Assembly: GCF_027921745.1 (NCBI RefSeq)
Contig: NC_079238.1
Location: forward strand, 1,054,001 to 1,118,000
Direction of reading: 5' to 3'
DNA from: Schizosaccharomyces osmophilus
Lineage: Eukaryota
DNA length: 64,000 nucleotides
The first letter of the stretch is position 1. Every line of letters starts with the position of its first letter. Positions 35,415 through 47,273 of the stretch are shown here, one piece after another. The position numbers and the translations under genes were made by a program. The notes beneath the pieces were generated by a model that saw only the letters and a list, made by a program, of their open reading frames with translations, was not told where the DNA came from and made no database searches.

Positions 35415-36915
35415 ATGGTTTCGATAAGTAAGTTATAAAACAACAATAATAAAGCTAACAAAAATAGGAAAAAAGAGTAAAAGAAGGACTACTCGCCTCC
35501 GCGCGCGAATTGAGAAGAGAGCTGCTAGTTCTCGTAGAAAAGAAAGAAAACTTGAGAAGAGAAATCCTCAATGGAAAAGCAGAGTCCCAAAGGACCCTGG
35601 TATACCCAATTCTTTCCCTTATAAAGACCGTATTTTGGCTGATTTGGAGGCACAAAAGCGACAAAGGGAAGAAGAAAAGATTGCTAGTAGAGAAGCTGCC
35701 AAGTCAGAGGGAAATATGGATTCAGAGGAAGATAGTGAGATGGAAGACGAAGCAGATGAGGAAGAACGAGCTGATGGCGTTGACCCTATGATTGCAAAGA
35801 TCGCTGAAGCAGCACAAACTAAAGATGCTGAGGAACAAGAAGCCGAGGAAGAGGATGATGCCGTTATGGATGAAGATGATGATAACGATGCTCCCTCTTT
35901 GGTTGATGATGGTTCTTTGAACACTTCTGAACGAATCGTTAAGCCTGATAACTCTAGAAAAGCATTCGATAAAGAGTTCAAAAAAGCAGTTGAGCTCTCG
36001 GACATTGTTCTTTATGTCTTGGATGCTCGTGATCCCGAAGGAACTCGTTCTAAAGAAGTGGAGCAACAAGTTATGGCTTCTGCTGCTGAGGAAAAGCGTC
36101 TCGTCTATGTCGTCAACAAGATTGATCTCGTTCCCCCTGAAGTGCTGGACCGTTGGCTCGTTTACTTGCGTGCCCGCTTCCCTACTCTCCCTTTGCGCTC
36201 TTCTTCTGGATCTTCTGGCTTTAAACACAAGACATATTCTGCCAATGGTACTATTTCCGCCTTGTTAAAGTCTCTCAAGTCTTATTCTTCCAAGAAAAAG
36301 CTTAAGAGCTCTTTGACTGTTAGTATCATTGGCTACCCCAATGTGGGTAAATCGTCAGTTATCAACGCTCTTGTTAACCGATCTGCTGCTTCTCGTTCAA
36401 CCCCCTGTCCTGCTGGTAGCGCTGCTGGTATGACTAGAGCTTTGCGGGAAGTTAAATTGGATAGCAAGTTGCGTTTAATAGATAGTCCCGGTATTGTTTT
36501 CCCAACGGCTAGTAAGGAAGATGAGCATTATCGCTTAGTATTGTTAAATGCTATTCCTTCCACCAAAGTTGATGACCCGGCTCCTGCTGCAGCCTACATA
36601 CTTAACTATCTCAACCGCATTCCTGGTCTACTCGAGCGAATGCTTAGCCAGTACGAGCTCCCTCCTCTATTGAACACCTCGGAATTGGACACTGCTACCG
36701 ACTTTTTGGTGAACATAGCTCGTAAACGTGGACGCTTATCTCGCGGCGGTATTCCTAACTTGAATGCTGCAGCCAGTATTATCATTAATGATTGGCATGC
36801 GGGACACATTCAATGGTGGGCTGAACCCGAAACTACCACCAAAGAGGCTTCTGCGTCAGATGACAAGCGAGTTGTTTCCCAATGGGCTAAGGAGTTTGAT
36901 ATTAATGATTTTTAA
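35415..36915 (+). CDS. grn1: Nucleostemin-like GTPase Grn1/Nug1; exons 35415..35427, 35468..36915
   Basis: KDPGIPNSFPYK; circularly permuted GTPase motifs VLDARDP, NKID, GYPNVGKSS, DSPG. Confidence 0.94.
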
Positions 36916-37616
36916 AAATGGGAGTGCGCGCAATTAAACTATATATCTGGTTTGACTTTAATACATTGTTTTGATGGTTATTTATAGGTTTAAATTATGT
37001 GCATGCCGAGGTAAGGATAATTTGGGTTTCTTTGGTTTTTCATTATTTCCTCAAAAAAATAGATATCGGATTTTTTATTTTGAAGAAGTAAAAAATCCAG
37101 TTTGTTCATTATGCCTTAATGGTCTCTGGCGATTATTATATACTGATAATATTATAAATTTTGGTTTACAACTAAGGATTGTGAGTAGCAGAAAGTAAAT
37201 GAGTCTATGCTTATATGTCTTTAATTGTATATTTTTTTAAAAATGTCTGAGAATATCGAAGTCTCTATGCAGTCAATACCGGATGTGACAGACATGAAAG
37301 GCCGCATTCTCAAATTAGGTCAAAAATAGCAGCAACTACTTGCACAAGATATATAATATGAGAATCAATGTTTCTTGTATCTAACAACGCATACTGCAAG
37401 AAAACAAGCAATGTCCTAGAGCATGCTTGGAACATGCATACATGATTTTTTAACTTATTTTACTATAAAAAAATTAAATATTAAATTTGTATATTTATTA
37501 TAGACTGTTCGTTGTTTATTCCGAATTGTTTGGTCTGCTATACTAAATCGCTATGGTGTACCAAACCTACCTACCACCAAACCAATATCAAAACAAAACT
37601 CAACAAACTAACATAG

Positions 37617-39192
37617 ATGCGTGAGATTGTAAGAAAAACATAATTAACTAAACTAACTTATTAGGTTCATATTCAAGCTGGTCAGTGCGGTAACCAAGTT
37701 GGTGCCTCCTTTTGGTATGAAAAAAACTCTGACAAAGAAAACCGGTATTAACTCGATAAAAGGTCCCAGATTGCCGATGAACATGGATTGGATGCTGAAG
37801 GAATGTATGTATAAAGAGAAATTTATTCTCAAACTCAAATTAACGATTTAATAGCTACCGCGGTGACTCTGAGGAGCAACTTGAACGGTTAAACGTTTAT
37901 TTTAATGAGGTATGATAGGGATCAACTAAGACGCGTCTATTTTTGTTGTTAGATACCGTCTTTATCTAAAAGCTGAGCAGGGCACGTTACTTACCATTTC
38001 ATAGGGTGCTGGTGGAAAATATGTTCCTCGCGCCGTCCTTGTCGATTTAGAACCTGGTACTATGGATGCTGTCAAGGGAGGAAAGTTTGGCAATTTGTTC
38101 CGCCCTGACAACATTATCTATGGTCAATCCGGTGCTGGAAATATCTGGGCCAAGGGTCACTACACTGAAGGTGCTGAATTGGCTGATGCTGTTTTAGACG
38201 TTGTCCGTCGTGAAGCTGAAGCCTGTGATGCTCTTCAAGGTTTTCAATTGACCCATTCTTTGGGTGGTGGTACCGGTTCCGGTATGGGTACCTTGTTGCT
38301 CTCAAAGATTCGTGAAGAATACCCCGACCGTATGATGGCAACCTTCTCTATTGCTCCCGCCCCCAAGTCTTCGGATACAGTCGTTGAGCCATATAATGCT
38401 ACTCTTTCTATGCATCAATTGGTTGAAAACTCCGATGAAACCTTCGTTATTGATAATGAAGCTTTGTCTTCTATTTTTGCTAATACCCTCAAAATCAAGA
38501 GCCCTTCTTATGATGATCTCAACCACCTAGTTTCTGCTGTCATGGCTGGTGTCACCACTTCTTTCCGATTCCCTGGTGAACTCAACTCTGACTTGCGCAA
38601 GTTGGCCGTCAACATGGTTCCATTCCCTCGTTTGCATTTCTTTATGGTTGGATTTGCTCCCCTTGCTGCTATTGGATCTAGCTCTTTCCAAGCTGTTTCC
38701 GTTCCTGAACTTACTCAACAAATGTTCGCTGCCAATAACATGATGGTTGCAGCTGATCCTCGTCACGGTCGCTATCTGACTGTTGCCGCTCTTTTCCGTG
38801 GTAAAGTTTCTATGAAGGAAGTTGATGAGCAAATTCGTACTGTGCAAACCAAGAACTCTGCTTATTTCGTTGAGTGGATTCCCGATAATGTTCTTAAGGC
38901 TGTTTGTTCCGTGCCTCCCAAAGATCTTAAAATGTCTGCTACTTTCATCGGTAATAGCACATCGATTCAAGAAGTCTTTAGACGCTTGGGTGATCAATTC
39001 TCTGCTATGTTCAGAAGAAAGGCTTTCTTGCACTGGTATACTGGAGAAGGTATGGATGAAATGGAATTTACTGAAGCTGAGTCCAATATGAACGACCTTG
39101 TCAGTGAGTATCAACAATATCAAGAAGCTGGTATTGATGAAATTGATGAAGACTATGAGATTGAAGAAGAGAAGGAACCTCTTGAATATTAA
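37617..39192 (+). CDS. nda3: Beta-tubulin (5 exons)
   Basis: MREI start with four 5' introns; GGGTGSG; acidic tail EEEKEPLEY. Confidence 0.98.
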
Positions 39193-40004
39193 ACTTTTCT
39201 GCTCTCTCTTAGGATTTTTTTACATACCAACCATAATTTAAATTGCGAGCTCTTTCCAACGTTCCCATTCATATTTTATATAACTTCTTTCATTTATTTA
39301 CAATTACTGTTATTGCCTGCCTTTTCCTTTCTTTTTATTGATATTGGACCACGTTTGCGTTGAACGCTCGCTCTTTTTCTCCTTTATTTTTTTTTCCAAA
39401 GATGCCGTTCACTTATTCAACATAGCTTCAGCCATTGTCTATCTAGGTAAATCTCATTAAAAATATACCGTTTGTTGATTTTTGATGCTGTAGAATTATG
39501 TTTTTGCTAAAGTGTAATACATACGTCGAGTTGTGAAAATTTTATAGTCAAATAGTTTTTCAAAACAAATTGCAAAGTAGCCGTTTTGCTGTAATGATTT
39601 ATTGCTACGGCAATTACAACTGCGATACCAAGAAACTTACAAAAAATAAAAGATTCATTCATTTAAGATGCTTATTAGTTAATGCTTTATTTCATTATTT
39701 GGTTGGGAAACCTGCGTTTGGGTTATTGAATTTCAATAGTAAGTATTAATATCCATTTCGTGTTATGCAGAAGGCACAAGTCGAAGAGCTCGATATCAAC
39801 GTTTCTCAAATTCCGCTGGATAGCGTCAATAAATGACATAAATATTATTTAGTGGCTTTTACTTTCTACCAAACATTTTTCTTTTTTTAGGATTCGTTAT
39901 CTTTTCAAGCGGACTTTACTACAACAAAAATATTTTTTGAGGTTTTACTTTTGGAAGAGGCTTTGAACCGAAATCAGATTACGAGAAAAGGGAAAGGTAT
40001 AACA

Positions 40005-40377
40005 ATGAGGATTTTAACAGCTTGGAAATCCGCCCCTAAAGTCGCTAGTGCCATTCCAAAGAGATACATTCAAGGACCACCCGGTGGATTCAAAAGACCA
40101 TCTCCGCCTCCGTTAGGCAAAGAAGAACAAGAAGAATGGAATCGTTTACAAAAAGAATCTAGCCAGAAACCCGTCGATGTTGCTCAACGGACGAGACTTC
40201 GGGACTTTGAAGGGAATGTGAATCCTGAGGTAAGAGTTTCCTAGTAGAGAGGATGAGAATAGTGCAAGAAGCTGAATGCTATACTAACATGGATAGACTG
40301 GGGAAGTTGGAGGACCCAAGAAGGAGCCAACCATTCATGGCGATTACTCTTATGGAGGAAGAGTAACGGACTTTTAG
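40005..40377 (+). CDS. sdh8: Succinate dehydrogenase assembly factor Sdh8/SDHAF4; exons 40005..40229, 40297..40377
   Basis: Spliced C-terminus FEGNVNPETGEVGGPKKEPTIHGDYSYGGRVTDF (DUF1674). Confidence 0.9.
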
Positions 40378-41238
40378 AAAAGTGATTATATCCTGGTGTG
40401 TATGAAGCTATTATGAGTTGTGTGCTTCTTTATGGAATAATAAATCAGTTTTTTTCTTGAGAAGTGAAGGGAGTTCATGGCGATTATGGTAAAAAAAACA
40501 TTGCAAGTTGATTAAAGGAGCTTAAACATAGAACAAGAGCTAGTCTTCTCTATAAAAAAAAGGAAAAACATAATTTTTTACCAAAAAAAAACCATAAAAG
40601 TCTATATTCACAATGTCAAAACGAAAACAGGAAACGGTTATTAGCAAAGAAACTTCATCTGCTTTGTGATGAACTCTAAAAACAATAGAAGGCAAACGAA
40701 AAATAACAGCTGTATGTTGTTGGGTTTAGTTTGACATTTTCGTTCACCGATGTAAGAGAATTGTAATTTCAATTATTTGTTTGGCAGTTTTAATTAAGGC
40801 ATTTCAATAAAGCCAGTCATGAAGGAACAACGAATTTTCGCTCAGGAATCCAGGTTTTTTAGTAAATTGAATTTTTTTATGTGAAATGCTAAAAAAAGCT
40901 CCTATTTTCTCGTAGGAGAAGTCTCATAAGAAGAGAATCTGCTTTGTTTATAAAAGTGTAAACAAACGCAAATATACTAAGGTGTTACTTATCATTGTGA
41001 CTCGGCACTGCGTAAGCGATGCGAAATATATTGCAGAAACAAACTTCTTCTTTCTTCATTTCTAGCAGTCGGATGGGATTTATCTTGCTTTGGGAGGAGT
41101 TGTAAAATGGATTGACTTGTAGTCGATTCCTATTTCAATTGATATTCGCATTTCATCGTCATTTGGGAGGTTTGCGTATAGAAGAAAACTAGAATCGTTC
41201 AATTCTTTCGTTCTTGAAACTATACAGGTCCTGTTGGA

Positions 41239-41742
41239 ATGTAAAAAAGAGACAAGTTGGGCTTTACGTACAGCAGTTCCAACGTTTCCTATGTTGATCT
41301 CGAGAAGGGACTTTCTTTATGCACGCCAGAGGCATAAAACAAGCAGCCCAATTCAGGTTCTTTTAAGCAGCAAAGAGAAACGATGTTTTTCCGTATAATT
41401 TCCTTGCAGTATTTATTCAGTTTTCTTTCCAGTGGTCTTGGAAAGTTATTCAGCGGTACTGGAAAAGGGGTAGAATTATTAGTTTATAGAGTTGGTTTAC
41501 TTATTGCGATTGGAATTTAAAATTATTTTTGATGTATGGTATTGCTTCCTTTTTATCCTTTATCCTTCTTAGTTTAATAGCTGTGAGCTCACCTGAAAAC
41601 ACGTATTAATGGCATACTTCCGAGCTATCAGCAAAACGACAATGCATTGGATCTTGCACCGCCTACTACGAATGAAGGAATAGAGACGCAAGCAATAATA
41701 CTAGTCAAACTTGGTTCCGCTCATTTGTCTTCTGTTCTCTAG
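41239..41742 (+). pseudogene. Decayed wag/wtf-like membrane protein gene
   Basis: One frame reads M*KRDK...VDLEKG...*...LFSFLSSGLGKLFSG..LLIAIGI*. Further hydrophobic and LPSY-containing segments follow in shifted frames. Same position and orientation relative to a 5S copy as the intact wag. End coordinate approximate. Confidence 0.5.
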
Positions 41743-42185
41743 TTTGTTTGGACTCTTTCGCTAATGCTGATCGCAATCGATATGGATTGCTTTAATAAAC
41801 CATCATTTATATTCCTTTTTTTATCTATTTCAAATCCAGTCGGAAATAGCTTGAAACTAAGAAACAACTTTGTATTAATATGAATTGATGACTGCAATCG
41901 AAAGGCATGCGTTTTAATTTCTCATTTTTAAGGCATTGAGTTGGTATGACCGCGGAAATCGAAAACGAAAGACTTACTGCAGCTAATCTATTAATTATTA
42001 TAAATATTGTTGTTTAAATTTTTACCAAAAATTGTAATTTCATTACATTCACATTAGGTCCCTTTTTTTTGCTTCCTGTTACTTGTCGAGGAACGTCTCA
42101 CAAGAAGGGAATTGAGAAAAGCATTTCCAAGCATGAATTTACGTTCAAAATATCAAAAAATAAATAAAGAGAAAAAAAATGAAAA

Positions 42186-42315
42186 AGCCTACAGCACCCC
42201 GGATTCCCATGTTGTCTCCAACCGTACTACTAACGAGGCGAGGCCCTCAGACGTTTTCACTTAACTGCAGTGATCGGACGGGAACTGGTGTTTTCGCCTA
42301 GGTGTGCCCGTAAAC
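42186..42315 (-). pseudogene. 5S rRNA pseudogene/variant (130 nt)
   Basis: Aligns to the intact copies with a 5-nt duplication (CGAGG), a 6-nt insertion (TTTTCA on +), and substitutions in the internal control region and at the 5' end. Confidence 0.9.
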
Positions 42316-42788
42316 GTTTTATTGTGTTTTGTAAAGGTTATTCTATTTAATAATGGTCCGTCGACTTGACTCCCAAAGTAAACGATAATTCGATGTTTTA
42401 AACTACATCAATCGAATCTTCCAACCTGATGATTTGTGCTTTCTATGCTGTGAATGAATTTTACCTCTGGCGATAATCACTTTCGTTCTTACAATTAATG
42501 AAAGACACGACACAGTTTTGAGTAAAAAACTAGTTAATTACGATGATATTTTCCTCAGAATAATTAAATAATCATTAAAAAGGGTGTCTATTCATGAAGA
42601 AAATGAACGATGCCGTGAAACGAATAAGAAGATTCATGAGAGAGAAATGAGAAAAGCAATCAAAGTCCGCTGGTTTCATCTGATCTAAGCTTTTGTGGAA
42701 GCGAATGCAGGAACTTGGTAGACTGCAATTGACATCAATGTTTCCAAAGAAGGCGCGAAATATAAAGAATGAAAGCACTCGGTAAAAC

Positions 42789-43930
42789 TTAAACTTCGGC
42801 GCTTTGCGCAGCAAGAGGCTGAAGTTCGATTCCTTCGTTCTGAGATACTTGCTCTCCTCGATTGGTTCCTTTTTAATAGGTTAATAACGCCTTGTGATAG
42901 GAAGCATTTACCAAGTGTACATACCGAACATATGATCCACAGCATTTCCCAAGCCATTTATTCCGTTTCCTAAGCCTTTTATGCCGTTTCCCATATCGAC
43001 GACTACTAATCTAAGTCGTTCACGCGCATTTGCATTCACTAGAAGAGTTAGAATATTTCGCGGGTGTATGACATACTCGTCAAATAAAGAAACAAGACAA
43101 AGTTAACAAAACAAACAGCATAGAAAAAATTGTTGTTTATCTTTTCAAATCCTGTGAACTTCTTTGCAGCATAATACGCGGTGAAACCGAGGACATCGAG
43201 AAAACACACACATAATACTGAGATACACATAGCTGACAATACGTTTTTGGTTGCTCTTCCAGCTTGCGTGAGCCCTTGTTTGGCCTGCTGGAACCATTCT
43301 TTAGGCATTTGAAATATTGCTAATAGTTAGTAAGTCGCTCAAAGTGAAAGATATCGTTGTTGAATTACCAAGCAGAAACAATACAAAGGCTGCAACAAAG
43401 CCACCAAAAAGCCCCCAAAGGGTTTTCGCATTCACAGAAGCCTTGAAACCAAAAAATAACACAAGAAGAATAGCATAGGCCACAATATACCCAATAGTTA
43501 TAGGCAACAAGATGCCTGCTAAGACTTTCTGGCAAAGCACCACATCCCAACCAGAATTATTAGCGGAATTCTGAGCGGATCCATCAGCCATTTCTAAATC
43601 GATAAACTTGTTTGAAGCTAATGGATGCATTAGTAACTGTTCTTTCGTTGTTTGTGAAAAGGATAGAGGTATTCGCCCTGTTTGTTGGCAGTTATCGACC
43701 AGGTGATTGAATTCAAACCCAACAATCAAATAAACAAGCATAATTCTTCCATCATGAGCCGTTCAAACAAGAACACAAAGAATAAACCTTTCCTTTCCAT
43801 TTCAACTAATCTTACCTGAATACGGAGGAGGCGTACCATCAGAAGGAAACGACTGACTATCTGCCTTTTCATCATTGAGCGTTTTGGAAGAGTCATCAGA
43901 ATCTGAAATAGGAGAGTACTTGTTTTTCAT
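42789..43930 (-). CDS. wtf: wtf-family meiotic driver gene, copy 2; exons 43816..43930, 43369..43617, 43077..43319, 42925..43038, 42789..42868 (~266 aa)
   Basis: Exons 1-3 near-identical to copy 1. Exon 4 carries Wtf-type heptad repeats MGNGIKG-LGNGING-LGNA; the C-terminus is IELQPLAAQSAEV*. Flanked by 5S copies. Confidence 0.9.
42941..42994 (-). repeat. 21-bp (7-aa, xGNxxxG) coding repeat in wtf copy 2 exon 4
   Basis: atgggaaacggcataaaaggc / ttaggaaacggaataaatggc / ttgggaaatgct. Confidence 0.85.
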
Positions 43931-44836
43931 ATTTACAATGGCAAGTAGAGCCCAAAATAGCGCCGATATTTACACTCTAAATGAAATCAACTAGAATCAC
44001 CAAGAAAAGTCCGTAGGAACTGGTTCCGCTCTTCACAGATCTGTCAGAAAAAGGAATTGGACCTTGCTTAAAAAGCAAACTAATCTTACAACACGAGTGT
44101 TCCCTTAAAACCAAAGATGCGAGTTTGAAAAAATCTTGGTAATGGCTTTTCGCATGTCTTAATTCATAAAAGCAGCGACATTATGTCACTGACTGGTCAC
44201 AGTCCTCGTTACGATTATTCAACGTTGGTTTTTTATTGCGATTTGTCGTAATAGTATAATCCAAAAGAGTCGTCGTTTATTACAAAAAGTAAACAAAGGA
44301 ACATTTGGCAAAAACAACCATGCTTTTTGCTTTGAATGATAAAAACAAGGGATTGGAAATGCTCATATTTGTATTGAAAGATTCAGTAACTTTGGCTTAA
44401 TGAACTCCAGGGAAAAGGATTGAACACTCTAGATTTTCGTAGCCTTACTTTCAGCAAATTCATCGGAAGTTTGTAAAAGCATTGTTTCAACTATCACGAA
44501 CGATGTTTGTAGTGACAAGTTTATTTAATTTATTTTGATTACACGATAGAAACAAACAAAAGCGATTTCGGACTGTTCATTCATTGTAAATATATATAGA
44601 ATAGCGTACGCTTACTAGCTATCTGTATGTGTGTCAGAGAGGGTGAATGACAGCTTCACCTCTGCAAAACTCTAGTCATTGCCATTGTGGATTCGATTCA
44701 TGTAGTTTGGAGTTGTTACAAAGTAGATTTTATTAAGCTTGTTAGTCGGATCGGATGTGTGCTACTTTTTGAAAGTTCTGACATGAATTTGGGTGTTTAC
44801 TGCCTATTTGAGTAGGTTTTGAAGGAATTTCAGAAA

Positions 44837-45740
44837 ATGAAAAAAAAAAACAAATACAAAAAGCTAAAAGATGCTGATTCAGCTGACGTTCCTCGCTTGG
44901 GCACTCTTGCAACGTTTGACGGTGAACTGCCACGGTACAATGAAATCTTGAATTCTCATCTAGACGACTTGGAAAAAGGTCATGCACCTCCGTACTCAGA
45001 AAACAGACATCAAGAAGCGTCTACCAACATGGCACAAGGAAGCGGATTCTTTATTCTTTTACGAAATGTCTTGACGGCATTATTCTGGTTGATTTTCTGG
45101 CCGGCAAAAATTGTGAGAATCCCCGAAGCACAACGCAGACAGGAAAATGAAACTGCTCGGCTTAGTTTTTGCTTTATTCTTTCGGTCATAGTAAACTTCT
45201 GGTTTTCTTACAAATACCTTGTCCCCTTTATAAAGGAATCGATGAAAGAATCTGTAGGGGTAAACTTTCAAGCTACTGTAGCAGCTGTTCTTGTCGTCGT
45301 GGCTTTCTACATGTTTCTATATGTTTGTTCATGTAAGTGAAATGGTGGAATTTTAATTTGATATGTTTACTAATGGGGTACTTTTAGTGTTGGTGGATAT
45401 AATCGTTATATTGATTCCTCTAGTTTTTACTTGGATTTCCTCGTTTTTTTCTGGAATTTCCTCGTTTTTTTCTGGAATTTCCTCGCTTTTTTCTGGGATT
45501 TTTTCTGTGATTACTAGTGCTCTAGGCTTCAGGATGTCATCGGATAGAAACGACTTGACGGATGATAATAGTATCGCATTAAACAGCTTGCCACCAGAGC
45601 CTGAAAACCAGTTCAACGATCGTAGTGATGATACTTTTAAACAACCGTCCTCTGAACATACCTCTGAACATACTGAGCAATCTCCAGGGTTACGCCAGGA
45701 ACCGGGTCAGTCTAGGGATGTTGAAAGCGGTGGGGATTGA
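44837..45740 (+). CDS. wag: wtf-associated gene (wag), multi-TM protein; exons 44837..45332, 45388..45740 (~282 aa)
   Basis: Divergent from wtf copy 2 and between 5S genes, as described for wag loci. A GTAAGT..TACTAAT..TAG intron joins two ORF-track ORFs in frame; several TM segments. Confidence 0.75.
45433..45505 (+). repeat. 21-bp coding tandem repeat (ISSFFSG x3) in wag
   Basis: About 3.5 copies of (g)gaatttcctcgtttttttct. Confidence 0.9.
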
Positions 45741-46060
45741 TTTATACGGAAAGTAAAGCATTGTTTTTTATAATGTCCGGTCTTTTCGATTTTTCTCCAG
45801 CATGCTTTTGCTTATGTTTATGTTTATGTTTCATCTTTGCATTTTGTATTTTATATTTATTCGTCAGGCGCTTCTAATCACTAATCCTTGTAACATCTTT
45901 TCAATTCTAACTAATAAGCAATTTAATTAAGTATTGAATCGTGGATGACCATTGCTTCCTGCAATCACTAGTAGCTATAAGTCAAACGTCTATGTCGATC
46001 ACGATTAAAGCCATGTGCTTCAATTAAAAGAGCAACAGAAAAAAGAAGCAAAAAGTGAAA

Positions 46061-46179
46061 AGCCTACAGCATCCCGGATTCCCATGTTGTCTCCAACCAT
46101 AGTACTAACGAGACCCTCAGACGCTTAACTGCAGTGATCGGACGGGAACTGGTGTTTTCGCCTAGGTGTGGCCGTAGAC
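46061..46179 (-). rRNA. 5S rRNA gene (intact)
   Basis: 119 nt, identical by eye to 17032-17150; oligo-T terminator; ATATAT about 25 nt upstream. Confidence 0.97.
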
Positions 46180-47273
46180 AGTTAAGGCAGCTATTATGAG
46201 GAAATATATTGTTTCCTGTGCTGACAAGGTAATTCAGTTACATTCTATTGCCTACCAAATATCAAAAAGCCAGAACGGTACACTTTTTTGCATTAAAAAA
46301 TGGTGTAAAGCATTCCAATAGTCTCATATATTTCCATCTACTGTTTCACATGTTGCTCTGGATGCACTTGTCTCACGCAAGGTAACTCCAGGATCACTGT
46401 AAAAACACCATAACTATACGATCCTTCCACATTTATTTGGGCAAAACACACTTTCGTATTCATTCATTACAAAAAATAAATAAACTATCTACTTCACCTT
46501 CTAACTCAACTAATGTTATGCAAAATTAAATAGATAAAGTAATTGGGAATTATGTATGCACACTACTATCAAGACTGTCTCCACGGATATCGGTAGACTG
46601 CTAGCGAAATGAGCATTGATTTAATCTTGAGTCCCATATAATTGCCTACAGATGATATTGCAGCACTTGCAAGCGATATAGTATGGGACTCGTTGAGAGT
46701 TAGAAGAAGAATCTCTCAGCCTTATATAGTAGAACAGATATTAACCAATTAATATAATATATAGATTTTCTATTTCTTTTGTTAAGTTAAGGAAAAGTCT
46801 CATTATAGTGAGCACCAACTAATTCAGTATAATGGATACTGCAACTTGTCCTACAGCCGTATTCTATTATGTAAAACCTTCCAATTTTCAAGGGAACAAT
46901 GTTACCTACTTGTGAAAAAAAAAACGGCAGAGTTTAAAAAGCAAAGAAACTGCGGCCGTTCTAAAGGAAGGCTCAAACGAGCGCACAAAGATCTGTCATT
47001 TACCGATTGAGAACCGTCGATTGCGAGGAAATTTATGCTGCTCTGTTTTTGCCTCCACTAAAACGAACTACCAATAAAGGGTTTGATTTGCCATCCGTAA
47101 CCCTTGTTTACCGAGTTTACATTACAACACTTGGAAATCCGACCGTTAGTCTTTTGATCCTTCTAGTCCAACCCATCTTCTCACTTTACCAATTCTAGCT
47201 TTCTTTCCTATTCCATTCTTTGTTGGATTCTTCATCTCTACATTTTCTTTACACTTGAACAAGTATATTCACC

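Noticed and set aside
38527..39123. 198-aa antisense ORF in nda3, and similar ORFs opposite grn1, ste11, cyc3 and dis3
   Set aside because: Shadow ORFs arising from codon bias of the real genes.
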